A stretch of 64,000 bases of DNA from Acidobacteriota bacterium (GTDB lineage: Bacteria; Acidobacteriota; Thermoanaerobaculia; Multivoradales; UBA5704), in NCBI GenBank assembly GCA_046765915.1, contig JBKPTH010000123.1, positions 1,713 through 65,712 on the forward strand, given 5' to 3'. The position numbers and the translations under genes were made by a program. Of the stretch, positions 41,087 to 50,467 are shown one piece after another. Positions within the stretch are counted from its first letter, which is position 1; each line of letters starts with the position of its first letter. The notes under the pieces were generated by a model. It searched no databases, had not been told where the DNA came from, and worked only from the letters and a program-made list of their open reading frames with translations.

Positions 41087-43286
41087 TCTTCATCGTCAAG
41101 ATCACGCTCGTGTTCTTGCTCGGCGGAATGCTCGCCGCCTTGCTGCGTCACCGTTCGGCGGCCGCGCGGCATTTCGTCTGGGCGCTGACGCTCGGCGGCG
41201 CGTTGGCGCTGGCCCTGCTCGCGCCGGTCGCTCCGCGTCTGGAGTTGCCGGTGATGACGGTGGGGAACGCCGTGCCCGCGCCAGAGGCCTCGATTCTGGA
41301 GCGTGTTGTGCCGGCTACGGCGGCTCCCGTGGTGAGAACCCTCCTGCCGGCGGTGACGGCGCACGACGCGGCGAAGCCTCGCGCGGCGGCGGCGCCTTCA
41401 CCGCTGCTCCTGCTCTGGCTCGCCGGCTTCGGCGCGGTGATCCTGTGGTGCGCGATCGGCCATTGGGGCCTCGTGCGCCTCGCCCGCCGGTCGGCTCTCG
41501 TCGACGACGGTCCATGGCTCGCTCTTCTCGACGAAACCGCGGCGCTCGCCGGCGTGACGCGGCCGGTGCGCCTCCTGCGCAGCGCGGCGGTGGGCGCGCC
41601 GATGACCTGGGGATTCCTCCGGCCCGTCGTGATGTTGCCCGCGGACGCCGGCGAGTGGACGGCCGAGCGGCGCCGGGCCGTGCTGCTGCACGAGCTGGCG
41701 CACGTGGCGCGGCTCGACTGCCTGGTGCAGCTCGCGGCGACCGCGGCCTGCGCGCTCTATTGGTTCCATCCCGCGGCCTGGATGGCGACCCGGCGCTTGC
41801 GCAACGAGAGCGAACGCGCCTGCGACGATCACGCGCTCGCCTGCGGTACGCCCGCGGCGGATTACGCGTCGCACTTGCTGAGCGTGGCGTGCAAGGCGCG
41901 GGCTCCGCGGCTGAGCGGCGCGGCGGCGATCGGCATGGCGCAGCGCTCGACGCTCGAATCGCGCCTGCTCTCCGTGCTGGACGACTCAGTTCCGCGCCGC
42001 GCGATGTCGGCGCGGGCCCGTGCCCCGGTGCGGTCCTGCTGGTGTTGGCGCTGGCGCCCCTGGCCGCGATTACGCCGGTGGCGCGCGCGGTGGCGTCCGA
42101 GAAAGGATCCGAGATTGAAGTTGATTCCGAAAAAGCATCCGCCGCGGCTGGACCGGCCGTCGAACGATCCGTCGACGCGGCGCCCGGCGAGCAGCTCGAT
42201 CTCGACCTGGAGTCGGGCGCGACGGTGCGGATCCAGGGCTGGGACGAGCCTCGCGTCCACGTGCGCGCCCGGCTCGGCGGCCGCGATGGGGCGGATACTC
42301 GCGTCACCGTGGAACGCCAGGCGGGCGGCGTCAAGGTGCGCTCCTTCTTCCCGTCACAGCGGATCTCGCGCTCGACGTCCAACGAGCTCGACATCCAGGT
42401 GCCGCGCCGCTTCGACCTTCACCTCTCCTCCTCGGGCGGAGACCTGAGGATGAAGGACGTGGAGGGGACCTTCCGCGGCTCGACCGGCGGCGGCGAGCTC
42501 GTGCTCGCGCGCCTGAACGGCGAGGCCCACCTCTCCACCGGCGGCGGCGACATCCGCGTCACCGACTGCGATCTCGCGGGCTCGGTGAGCACCGGGGGTG
42601 GCGCCGTCCTGCTGTCGCGCGTGCGCGGCGGGCTGCACGGCTCGTCGGGAAGCGGCCCGGTGGTCTACGGCGACAAGACCGAGGGTAAAGACGCGGACGA
42701 GGAGACGGCCGATCTCAGCGCGCTCGAAATCGACCGCTCGCATACCCGCGTCCGCACCAACGAGCCTACGGGCGTGTTGCACATCAGGAAGGCCGGCGGC
42801 GACGTAGAGCTCGAAGAGGCCCCGGAGGGAGCGGTGATCAGCACCGGCGGCGGGCGCGTGACCGTCGGGCGCTCGGCCGGGCTCGTGGACGCGAGCACCG
42901 GCGGCGGAGACGTCGAGATCGGTCCGGTGGCCGGTTCCGTGCGCGCCGGCACCGGAGCCGGAGACATCCACGTCACGCTGGCGGAGGCGGGCGGCGAGCG
43001 GCAGACGGTCGATCTGACCTCGGGCTCGGGGAAGATGATCGTCGAGCTGCCGGCCGGCTTCGACGGCACGGTCGAGCTGGAAACGGCCTACACCAGAAGC
43101 TTCGGCCGCACCACCCGCATCGAGAGCGCCTGGGAGCTGCAGCGTGAACCGACGACGGAGTGGGACAGCCGCCAGGGAACGCCGCGCCGTTACGTGCGGG
43201 CGCGAGGCGTCCTCGGCAGCGGCCGCGGGCTCGTGCGCGTCAAGACCGTGAACGGAGACATCGAGCTGCGCCGCGCATCCCGCTGA
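41083..43286 (+). pseudogene. BlaR1-like M56 metallopeptidase/sensor with DUF4097-like beta-repeat C-terminal domain; apparent 1-nt frameshift near 42010-42033
   Basis: The N-terminal part is in the frame of 41083 (TM helices, LLHELAHVARLD HExxH). The C-terminal part is in the frame of ORF 40656..43286 (LLVLALAPLAAITPV TM, then repeated STGGGDIRV / SSSGGDLRM / GTGAGDIHV units). There is no plausible start for a separate second gene. Confidence 0.6.
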
Positions 43287-43523
43287 ACTTGCCCATCCCG
43301 GATCGGATCGCGCACGGCGCCGGCCGCGGAGCGCCGTCGCGATCCGGGCGAATCCTGCCGCAAGGGGCACGAACGCGTGTGCAGCCGCGGTATCGCGACG
43401 CGTCCGCTCCGCTTCTTCTCCCGCTTTCCTACGATGGTAAGATCGTTACCAGGCTGCGGTGCCAATAACGTCGTTAGCGATCGAAACGCTTATCCGAGAG
43501 CACTTGTGCGAGGCCACGACTAG

Positions 43524-43910
43524 ATGAGCGAGGAACTTGCAACGGCCGCAACCTTCAATGACCTCACACAAGCCCAGGGTGCTCGGGCCGCTTTAGAAGC
43601 CGCCGGAATTACCAGCAATCTCCGAGACGAGAACACCGGCAGCATTGACTGGGGGCTCATGCCAGCCTTCGGCGGTCTTCGCCTGCAGGTCAAGAACGCA
43701 GACCTCGCGCGCGCTCTCGAGGTCCTCAATGGAGCCGGCTCGTCAGAGGACTCCCCGGCGGACTCCGAACAGAGCGATCCAGCGGCACCTGACGAGGTCG
43801 AATACCGCGAATCGTCAAGGAGACGCAAGCGGCTGGTCGGACTCATCTCGTTCCTGATCCTGTTCCTGCCTCTCCTTGTGGCCATTGTGGTCGCCTGCCT
43901 GGATAGATAG
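43524..43910 (+). CDS. DUF2007-like small protein with C-terminal TM anchor
   Basis: ATFNDLTQAQGARAALEAAGITSNLRDE...LRLQVKNADLARALEVL resembles the putative signal-transducing DUF2007 fold. C-terminal segment LVGLISFLILFLPLLVAIVVA. Confidence 0.45.
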   Translation: MSEELATAATFNDLTQAQGARAALEAAGITSNLRDENTGSIDWGLMPAFGGLRLQVKNADLARALEVLNGAGSSEDSPADSEQSDPAAPDEVEYRESSRRRKRLVGLISFLILFLPLLVAIVVACLDR

Positions 43911-44074
43911 CCGCAGCCGTTTCGCGGCCGGGCCCGGATCCGTGTGCATGGAACGGGCGGGTACGTCGAGATCCTGCCCTCGCCGGGCCAGCGCGACAGG
44001 AAGCCGAGCGGCACGTGGTCGGTCGGCCAGATGCCCAGGGCTCGGCCAAGTGCCTGCCGGGTTTGGCAGGCACT

Positions 44075-44419
44075 TTAGTCGGGGGCCTTCCGGTGGACGT
44101 CCTCGCCCTTGAGAAAGAAGACTCCGCCTCTCTCGTCTCCCTCAAAGAAGATACGTGCCTCGATGAGGTCCCCTTCCTTGATTTCCACCTTCAGGTCGGG
44201 GTGGACGTAGATCGGGAGGCATTCGCCCACGCGAGAGAGGGCGAGGTTCGCCAAGTTGCCGGCGTCCTCCGCTTCCTGGATCTCCACGTCCCAGACGGTG
44301 CCGACGCCACCGGGCGCGGGCTGGACACGGAGGACCTTGCCCCGGACGACGCTCTCGTTCGGGGCGGCGGGTACGCTGCTGTAGGTTTTCGGCTTGTCCA
44401 AGATCGGCCTCCTTTCCAT
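44075..44419 (-). CDS. Hypothetical protein (114 aa) downstream of the M6-like protease
   Basis: ATG 44419 preceded by AAGGAGG. No motif recognised. Confidence 0.4.
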   Translation of the reverse strand: MERRPILDKPKTYSSVPAAPNESVVRGKVLRVQPAPGGVGTVWDVEIQEAEDAGNLANLALSRVGECLPIYVHPDLKVEIKEGDLIEARIFFEGDERGGVFFLKGEDVHRKAPD

Positions 44420-44447
44420 GGATGCCGATGCTACTATCCGGCCCCGC

Positions 44448-45980
44448 TCAAGGAGCAATCGTGACGTCGATCGTCATCTGGTCGTCGCCGGGCGTTCCTT
44501 TCACTTCGATGGTGATCCCCGTCCACTGCCCACCCGTGGGAGGGATGCCCGGCATATTCAAGGGTGGCTTGGACGTCTTGCCGACGGATTTGACGACTTT
44601 GGGCCCAGTGGGGCTCGGAAAGGTACTCGGGAAGAGGTCGTCCGCATCGCCTCGATTCCCCTGGCCGAAAATTTTCGACAGATCACGGCGGTTGTCCGCC
44701 TGGATCAGCTCGATCGCGAGGTTCGATTCGTCGTTCACGTTGTCGATTTCCTCGTCCACGACGTAGATCGCCACTCCTTCGTCCGGCAGGAAATGGTCCT
44801 GGTCCAGGCGCCTCCGGTATTCCACGAAGACGTACTGCAAGGGTTTGGGCATTCGAGACGCATTCTTGATCATCACGATGCTGCCGCCTTCGGCCGCGGG
44901 CTTGAGGACGATACCCTTCTGGCTCTCCGTTACCATCAGCGGCTGAATCCACTTGTGGAACATCCGCAGCATTCCGTTCGGCAGACAGGGCGTGATGCCG
45001 CCGTTGTTCCAGGAGCCGGCTGCCATCAGGCAGTAATTGCCCAGGCCATTGGATTTCTGTAGTTTGTTGTCCCCAGTGTCATAGAAATCTGCCCACCGCG
45101 CCGCCAGATGCCCCCATTCATGGGCACAGACACCCATCTGGCAGTTCTCCGGCACGGTGAGGAACGTGGTCGCCCGCACGCCGGGGCTGCCGGTGTCGGC
45201 GCCATTGCCGGGAATGACCCACTTCAGGCTCCAGAAATCGTCCCGGCTCCCGGTCTGCTCGGCGCCGTTGCCCGAGTGGATGATGAAGAGGGCCGTGACG
45301 ATCCCTTCTCCCAGGACGTCGTATTGCGAGAAATCCACCCCCGACAACCGGGCCGCTTCGACGGCGTCTTTCGCCAGTCCCTGCGCGTTACCCGGGAACG
45401 CGCCCATCCCGGAAGCGCCGTTGGTGTAAAACGTGCTGGGATGGGGCATCCGAAACCAGCCGAAGACCTCTCCCTGGATGTCGATTCCCAACTCGCCCTG
45501 GAGATCGTAGTCGACCTCCTTTGGCTCTGGCCCTCTGCTGCGAGTGTGGTTGCTGATTCTCCGGTAGTACTCCGCCATGCTCCCCGCGGGGAAGACGTCG
45601 AGGTCTCCAAAAAGCATCTGCTTGAAGAAGGACGGCGCCCGGTCCTGGCTGTGAGGCTTGTCTTCAAAGTCGACCAGCAACACGAGCGTTCTGACGACTC
45701 CCGCCAGGGTCACGTCCGGCCGGTCGATGAGCTGAGGCGCGTTCGGATCGGTGGATTCCTGGATTTTGCCGTCGTCGAGCCCAGCAAAGTCCTGCCCCCG
45801 CCGGCTTGAGCTCCAGACGTCGAAGAACTGCTCGAACGTGAGGTCGTCCGGCAGACGCTTCTCGTCTTTCAGTCCTTTCCACCGGCCGTAGAGTGCCAGG
45901 AGAAGCTCCGGGGAAGGGGGCACCGGGCAGAACGGCCGGCGGCAGGACACGTTTTTCAAGACAGGCACTGTGGTGAGCAT
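44448..45980 (-). CDS. M6 (immune inhibitor A-like) family metalloprotease
   Basis: HExxH in [20 protein letters not shown] (M6-like HE.GH...D.YD). ATG 45980 preceded by GGAGGAACG. Confidence 0.6.
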   Translation of the reverse strand: MLTTVPVLKNVSCRRPFCPVPPSPELLLALYGRWKGLKDEKRLPDDLTFEQFFDVWSSSRRGQDFAGLDDGKIQESTDPNAPQLIDRPDVTLAGVVRTLVLLVDFEDKPHSQDRAPSFFKQMLFGDLDVFPAGSMAEYYRRISNHTRSRGPEPKEVDYDLQGELGIDIQGEVFGWFRMPHPSTFYTNGASGMGAFPGNAQGLAKDAVEAARLSGVDFSQYDVLGEGIVTALFIIHSGNGAEQTGSRDDFWSLKWVIPGNGADTGSPGVRATTFLTVPENCQMGVCAHEWGHLAARWADFYDTGDNKLQKSNGLGNYCLMAAGSWNNGGITPCLPNGMLRMFHKWIQPLMVTESQKGIVLKPAAEGGSIVMIKNASRMPKPLQYVFVEYRRRLDQDHFLPDEGVAIYVVDEEIDNVNDESNLAIELIQADNRRDLSKIFGQGNRGDADDLFPSTFPSPTGPKVVKSVGKTSKPPLNMPGIPPTGGQWTGITIEVKGTPGDDQMTIDVTIAP

Positions 45981-46494
45981 CGTTCCTCCAAGGGAGGCGA
46001 GCCTCCTGCTGGACCAAGGCCCAGGAGACGGACCTCGTCTTCTATCTAGACGGCCCTCCCTACGCTTTTTTCCAGTAAGCGTCCTCCTCCATAGGTTTCT
46101 GGAGGTCACCTTGAACGAACCCAGCCCTCATAGGGTAGAGTCGAGGACGGGCGCGGTGGCTGTGGGTCGCGGTCGCTCTTGCCGGCGGCTTTCGCCGAAC
46201 GCCGGTGCCTCAGTCGTGGCCGTGGCTCTGTTTCCCGTTCCCGCTCATCGAACCGGAGCCCGTACCATGGCCGAGAAGCCCGTCGTGAACTCGCAGGTCA
46301 CCGATGAGGTTGAGGAGAGCCCCGAAAAACCCGGTGGCGATGCAGACATCGAGGCCGGTCGCGTCGTCTCTCACGAAGAAGCCAAGCGGCGCTGGGGCCT
46401 ATGTTCTCCGAGCTCTTCCAGAGGATAAGGCACACCGCTGATATGGCTTGATAACGTTGTAGTCTTCCTCCAACAAGCAAGACTCTAAAGGCAG

Positions 46495-47655
46495 GTGCCC
46501 ATGCTGGTCGAGCTGCTGGAGAGAGACGCGGTCCCTTTCGAGACACTGCACAGCCATTACGGCTCCCTGCTCGAGCTCGTGCGCAAGCTCATCGGCGTGG
46601 TGCCCAATTGCGACCGCTACCTGGAGATCTGGCCGCCGGCGTTTCGCACGTACAACGTGATGGTCCCGAACCTGCTCAATCTGCCGTTCCTGATGTGGGG
46701 CCTGGGCGCGCCGCGCTCGACGGTGGGGCTGGCGGCGTACGTGGCGAGCCGCACGGCCGGCTGTCCTTACTGCTCGGCCCACACGTGCTCGTTCGCCCTG
46801 CGCAACGGCGCCACCCTCGAAGAGGTGGCCTCGGCTCTCGACGGCGGGCGGACCCTGAGCGCGGCCGATCGGGCGGCCGTGCGTGTGGCGCGCGCTCTCG
46901 CGGTGGTGCCCGCCGCCATCGACGACGAGGCCCGCGCCGACCTGCGGCGGCACTTCTCCGCGGCCGACGCGGAATGGGTGGTCCTCGTGATCGCGATGGT
47001 GGGATGGCTCAGCAAGATGATGGACGCCCTCGGCGTTCCGCTCGAGGAGGCCACCTTCTCCGAGATCAGCGGAGTGATCGCGCCTTCGGGATGGACGCCC
47101 GGCCAGCACATGAAGGGCACGGCGCCGACCGGAGCCCCGCCGCGCGCCAGCTCGCTCCTAGCCCGGTTGGGCATGATCCGCTACGCCCCGCAGGCGCTCA
47201 AGCTCGACAAGAAGTGGACCGCGGGCGTCCCCGATCGCTGGCCGGCGGTCGGCGAGTTCCTGCGGCGGAGCACCGGCCACTCCTTCCCCGTCCTCTCCCG
47301 CCTCCGGCACCGCCGGGCCGTCCGCGCCATCGCCACCATGATCATGGAAAACCTCGCCGAGGGCATGGAGAGCGTCATCGGCCGCGACGACAAACTCGCG
47401 GCGGGCCTGATCTATGCGCGCACCGTCGGCGATCCCGCGCTGGCCGAGGAGCTGCGCACGCTCGGCGCGAGGGAGCTGGCCGACTCGCCGGCGCAGATCC
47501 TGGCGCGCGCGGTCTCGCCCAGCCCGGCCGCGGTGGACCGCGGGGTGCTGGAGTCCTCGCGGGCGATTCCGCCGGCGGGAATCGTCGAGCTGGTGACGTT
47601 CCTCTCGCTGCTGCAGATGCTGCACCGGATCGAGAGTTTCTACTCTATAAAGTAG
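46495..47655 (+). CDS. Carboxymuconolactone decarboxylase/AhpD-like family protein
   Basis: SRTAGCPYCSAHTCSF is the AhpD-type CxxC..H motif. Two-domain length. Confidence 0.6.
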   Translation: MPMLVELLERDAVPFETLHSHYGSLLELVRKLIGVVPNCDRYLEIWPPAFRTYNVMVPNLLNLPFLMWGLGAPRSTVGLAAYVASRTAGCPYCSAHTCSFALRNGATLEEVASALDGGRTLSAADRAAVRVARALAVVPAAIDDEARADLRRHFSAADAEWVVLVIAMVGWLSKMMDALGVPLEEATFSEISGVIAPSGWTPGQHMKGTAPTGAPPRASSLLARLGMIRYAPQALKLDKKWTAGVPDRWPAVGEFLRRSTGHSFPVLSRLRHRRAVRAIATMIMENLAEGMESVIGRDDKLAAGLIYARTVGDPALAEELRTLGARELADSPAQILARAVSPSPAAVDRGVLESSRAIPPAGIVELVTFLSLLQMLHRIESFYSIK

Positions 47656-48490
47656 GCACTCCCCTGCCCCGCCGGCCGCGCGGGAAGGCCTCGTCGATCT
47701 GACGCACCTCCTCCTCGCCAAGCTCGATCTCCGCCGCCGCGGCGTTGTCCATGGCGTGCTCGATGCGGGCGGCCTTCGGGATCGCAAAGAGGATCGGGAA
47801 GCGCAGCAGGAAGGCGAGGGCGATCTGGCGCGGCGTGGCATCGTGGGACGCAGCAATATCGGCGAGAACGCGTCCTCCTGAGCTGCTCGGCGAAGGAAAG
47901 TCGCCGGAGCCGAAGGGGCTATAGGCGACGACGGCGATGCCGTGCTGCTCGCAGAACGGGATCACCGCGTGCTCGATGGCCCGCTCCTGGAGATGGTAGA
48001 GGACCTGGTTGCAGGCGATCTTCCCTTGGCCCGCGATGCGGATGGCGTCCGCGAGATCCTCCTCGTCGAAGTTGCTCAGGCCCCAGACGAGGATCTTCCC
48101 GGCCTCGCGCAGCTCTTCGAAGGCGGCGATCGTGTCCCGGAGGGGATGGCTGCCCGGCCAGTGCAGAAGGTAGCAGTCGAGGTGGTCCGTGCGCAGCCGC
48201 CGGAGGGAGCGTTCGCAGGCCTGAATCGTGCCCCGCCGCGAGGCGTTCTGCGGCAGCACCTTGCTCACCAGGAAGACCTCGCCGCGCCGGTCCGCGAGCG
48301 CCTCCCCTACCATCTCCTCCACCCGGCCGTCGCCGTACATCTCCGCGGTGTCGACGTGGCTCATCCCCGCGTCGAGCCCGCGTAGCAACGCCTCGACGGC
48401 GGCGCGGCGGTTGTCCTTCTCCATGTTCCAGGTCCCCTGGCCGACGACGGAGACTTCTCTGCCTGTGGGTCCGAAGATGCGGTGCTTCAT
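47645..48490 (-). CDS. Aldo/keto reductase
   Basis: GQGTWNM, HVDTAEMYGDGRVEEMVGEAL, LDCYLLHWP, GLSNF. Confidence 0.9.
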   Translation of the reverse strand: MKHRIFGPTGREVSVVGQGTWNMEKDNRRAAVEALLRGLDAGMSHVDTAEMYGDGRVEEMVGEALADRRGEVFLVSKVLPQNASRRGTIQACERSLRRLRTDHLDCYLLHWPGSHPLRDTIAAFEELREAGKILVWGLSNFDEEDLADAIRIAGQGKIACNQVLYHLQERAIEHAVIPFCEQHGIAVVAYSPFGSGDFPSPSSSGGRVLADIAASHDATPRQIALAFLLRFPILFAIPKAARIEHAMDNAAAAEIELGEEEVRQIDEAFPRGRRGRGVPTL

Positions 48491-48566
48491 GGCGCGGCCC
48501 TCCTCTCCCTCTCTACGGTATGCTGCGCGTGCAAATCTCTGGCCGCCATCAGGTTCGCGGCGATGA

Positions 48567-48668
48567 AAGGACCTAAAGGATTACAAGGACAGCAAGGACA
48601 GGCACCATTCGGGTGAGCTCCTTGTCCTTCTCTATTCCTTGCTATCCTTGTCATCTCTTGGTGTCCTT
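48567..48668 (+). repeat. Phased hexamer arrays: 4 x AAGGA(C/T) at exact 9-nt period, then 5-6 x TCCTT(G/C) at ~9-nt period
   Basis: AAGGAC 48567, AAGGAT 48576, AAGGAC 48585, AAGGAC 48594. TCCTT at 48619, 48625, 48636, 48645, (48654 degenerate), 48664. Lies in the divergent intergenic region between the AKR and GH1 genes. Confidence 0.8.
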
Positions 48669-50022
48669 CCCACCCACCTTCCTCTGGGGAGCCGCGACCG
48701 CCGCTTATCAGGTGGAGGGCTCGCCGCTCGCCGACGGCGCCGGCGCGAGCATCTGGCACCGCTTCAGCCATACCCCCGGGCGCGTCACCAACGGCGACAC
48801 CGGCGACGTGGCGTGCGACCACTACAACCGCTTCCGCGAAGACGTCGCCCTCATGCGCGAGCTGGGCCTCGGCGCCTACCGCTTCTCCATCGCCTGGGGA
48901 CGCGTGCTGCCGGAGGGCAGGGGCCAAGTGAACGAGCGCGGGCTCGACTTCTACCGGCGGCTCGTGGATGCGTTGCGCGAGGCGGGCATCGCGCCGGTGG
49001 CCACGCTCTATCACTGGGATCTGCCGGCGGCGCTCGACGATCGCGGCGGCTGGGTGAACCGCGACGCGGCGGACTGGTTCGCGGAGTACGCGGCCGTCTG
49101 CTATCGCGCGCTCGACGACGGCATCGAGCTGTGGGCCACGCTCAACGAGCCCTGGGTGATCGCCGACGGCGGCTATCTCGCCGGCGTGCTCGCGCCCGGC
49201 CATCGCAGCCACTTCGAGGCCGTGCGCGCCGGGCACAACCTGCTGCGCGCGCACGCCGCCGCGGTCGCGGCCTACCGCGCCGAGGGAAAAGGCCGCATCG
49301 GCGTCGTGGTGAACGTGGAGCCGAAGCATCCGGCGAGCGGCAGCCCCGAGGACCTCGCCGCCACGGCCCGCGCCGACGCGGACATGAACCGCCATTACCT
49401 CGATCCGCTCTTCCTCGGCCGCTATCCGGGGGAGTTGCCGGGGATCTACGGCGAGGCCTGGAGCGAGGTCTTCGATCGCGAGGCCGGCTCCCTCAACGTG
49501 CCGATCGATTGGCTCGGCGTCAACTACTACAGCCGCAACGTAGTGCGTCATCAGCCGGACGCCTGGCCCCTCGCCGCGGTGCGCGTCCGCCAGCCGCAGA
49601 GCATCCACACCGAAACCGATTGGGAGGTCTACCCCGCCGGCCTGGAGGAGACGCTGCGCTGGATCTCTTCCCGGTATGGCTCCGTTCCCCTCTACGTGAC
49701 CGAGAACGGCGCCGCCTTCTACGATCCGCCGTCGCCGATCGACGGCCGCATCGACGATCCGCTACGTACCGCCTATCTGCGCGATCATCTGCGCGCCGTC
49801 GGCCGTGCGATCGCCGCCGGCGTCGACGTGCGCGGCTACTTTGTCTGGTCGTTGCTGGACAACCTCGAATGGAGCCACGGCTACTCGAAGCGCTTCGGCA
49901 TCGTGCACGTGGATTTCGCCACGCTGCGGAGGACGGTAAAGGCCAGCGGCAGGTGGTATGCGGAGGTGGTGAGGTCCAATTCCCCCCTCTCCCTCTTCGA
50001 GGGAGAGGGGGCCAGGGGGTGA
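48613..50022 (+). CDS. GH1 beta-glucosidase
   Basis: FLWGAATAAYQVEG, YRFSIAWGRVLP, TLNEP (acid/base Glu), YVTENGAA (nucleophile Glu). The true start is possibly TTG 48658 or GTG 48661. The last ~12 codons derive from a hairpin repeat. Confidence 0.9.
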   Translation: MSSLSFSIPCYPCHLLVSFPPTFLWGAATAAYQVEGSPLADGAGASIWHRFSHTPGRVTNGDTGDVACDHYNRFREDVALMRELGLGAYRFSIAWGRVLPEGRGQVNERGLDFYRRLVDALREAGIAPVATLYHWDLPAALDDRGGWVNRDAADWFAEYAAVCYRALDDGIELWATLNEPWVIADGGYLAGVLAPGHRSHFEAVRAGHNLLRAHAAAVAAYRAEGKGRIGVVVNVEPKHPASGSPEDLAATARADADMNRHYLDPLFLGRYPGELPGIYGEAWSEVFDREAGSLNVPIDWLGVNYYSRNVVRHQPDAWPLAAVRVRQPQSIHTETDWEVYPAGLEETLRWISSRYGSVPLYVTENGAAFYDPPSPIDGRIDDPLRTAYLRDHLRAVGRAIAAGVDVRGYFVWSLLDNLEWSHGYSKRFGIVHVDFATLRRTVKASGRWYAEVVRSNSPLSLFEGEGARG

Positions 50023-50024
50023 GG
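49984..50024. repeat. Short hairpin repeat related to the double-hairpin element
   Basis: cccctctccc-tcttcga-gggagagggg followed by gccagggggtgagg, the same sequence style as the arms of 33450-33611. Confidence 0.6.
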
Positions 50025-50074
50025 CTTCGAAGGGCAGAACGCCCCGCCCGGCAACGAACTCCTGGACCGCGAAC

Positions 50075-50458
50075 CTACCCGCCCGCCCGCAGCACCTCCA
50101 GAAACGGCCGCCCCCACCCCTCCATCCGCGCTTCCAGCCTGGCGGTGCAGTCGCAGTCGCAGCAGGCCCAGGGCTCTTCGCCGTTGAGGTCGCGGCAGCG
50201 GTCGCGGCTGTGGGCGTCCTGGACGCGGACGAGGTCGAAGTACTCTTCCCAGTAAGGGCGCTCCTCGGCGAGCGGCTCCCAGCAGAAGCAGACCTCGACC
50301 CAGCGAATCGCGCCGTTATCGAGAAGGCGGGCCTGGGCCATGTCGCTCAGGTACTCGTCGCCGGCGACGGAGCCGAGGCCCAGGTTGCCGCCCTCGATGG
50401 CCCGCAACAGATCGGCCTCGCGCCCGGGCCGCACGCGCGCCGTCACCAGATACCGCAC
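50075..50458 (-). CDS. Hypothetical Cys-rich protein (127 aa)
   Basis: ORF with plausible composition (CFCWEP, WACCDCDC). Lies directly downstream of the large outer-membrane protein gene. Confidence 0.45.
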   Translation of the reverse strand: MRYLVTARVRPGREADLLRAIEGGNLGLGSVAGDEYLSDMAQARLLDNGAIRWVEVCFCWEPLAEERPYWEEYFDLVRVQDAHSRDRCRDLNGEEPWACCDCDCTARLEARMEGWGRPFLEVLRAGG

Positions 50459-50467
50459 GCCGCCATC

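Noticed and set aside
40656-43286. The 876-aa ORF 40656..43286 as one gene
   Set aside because: Its first ~1.35 kb overlaps the BlaI and M56 coding frames out of frame and translates to low-complexity sequence. Only its last ~1.25 kb (DUF4097-like repeats) looks real.
46267-46428. Possible antitoxin remnant (…DIEAGRVVSHEEAKRRWGL resembles the C-terminal tail of RHH antitoxins partnered with RelE/ParE)
   Set aside because: Only the ~20-aa tail resembles the family. There is no RHH N-terminus and no adjacent toxin-like ORF, so the evidence is too weak to annotate.
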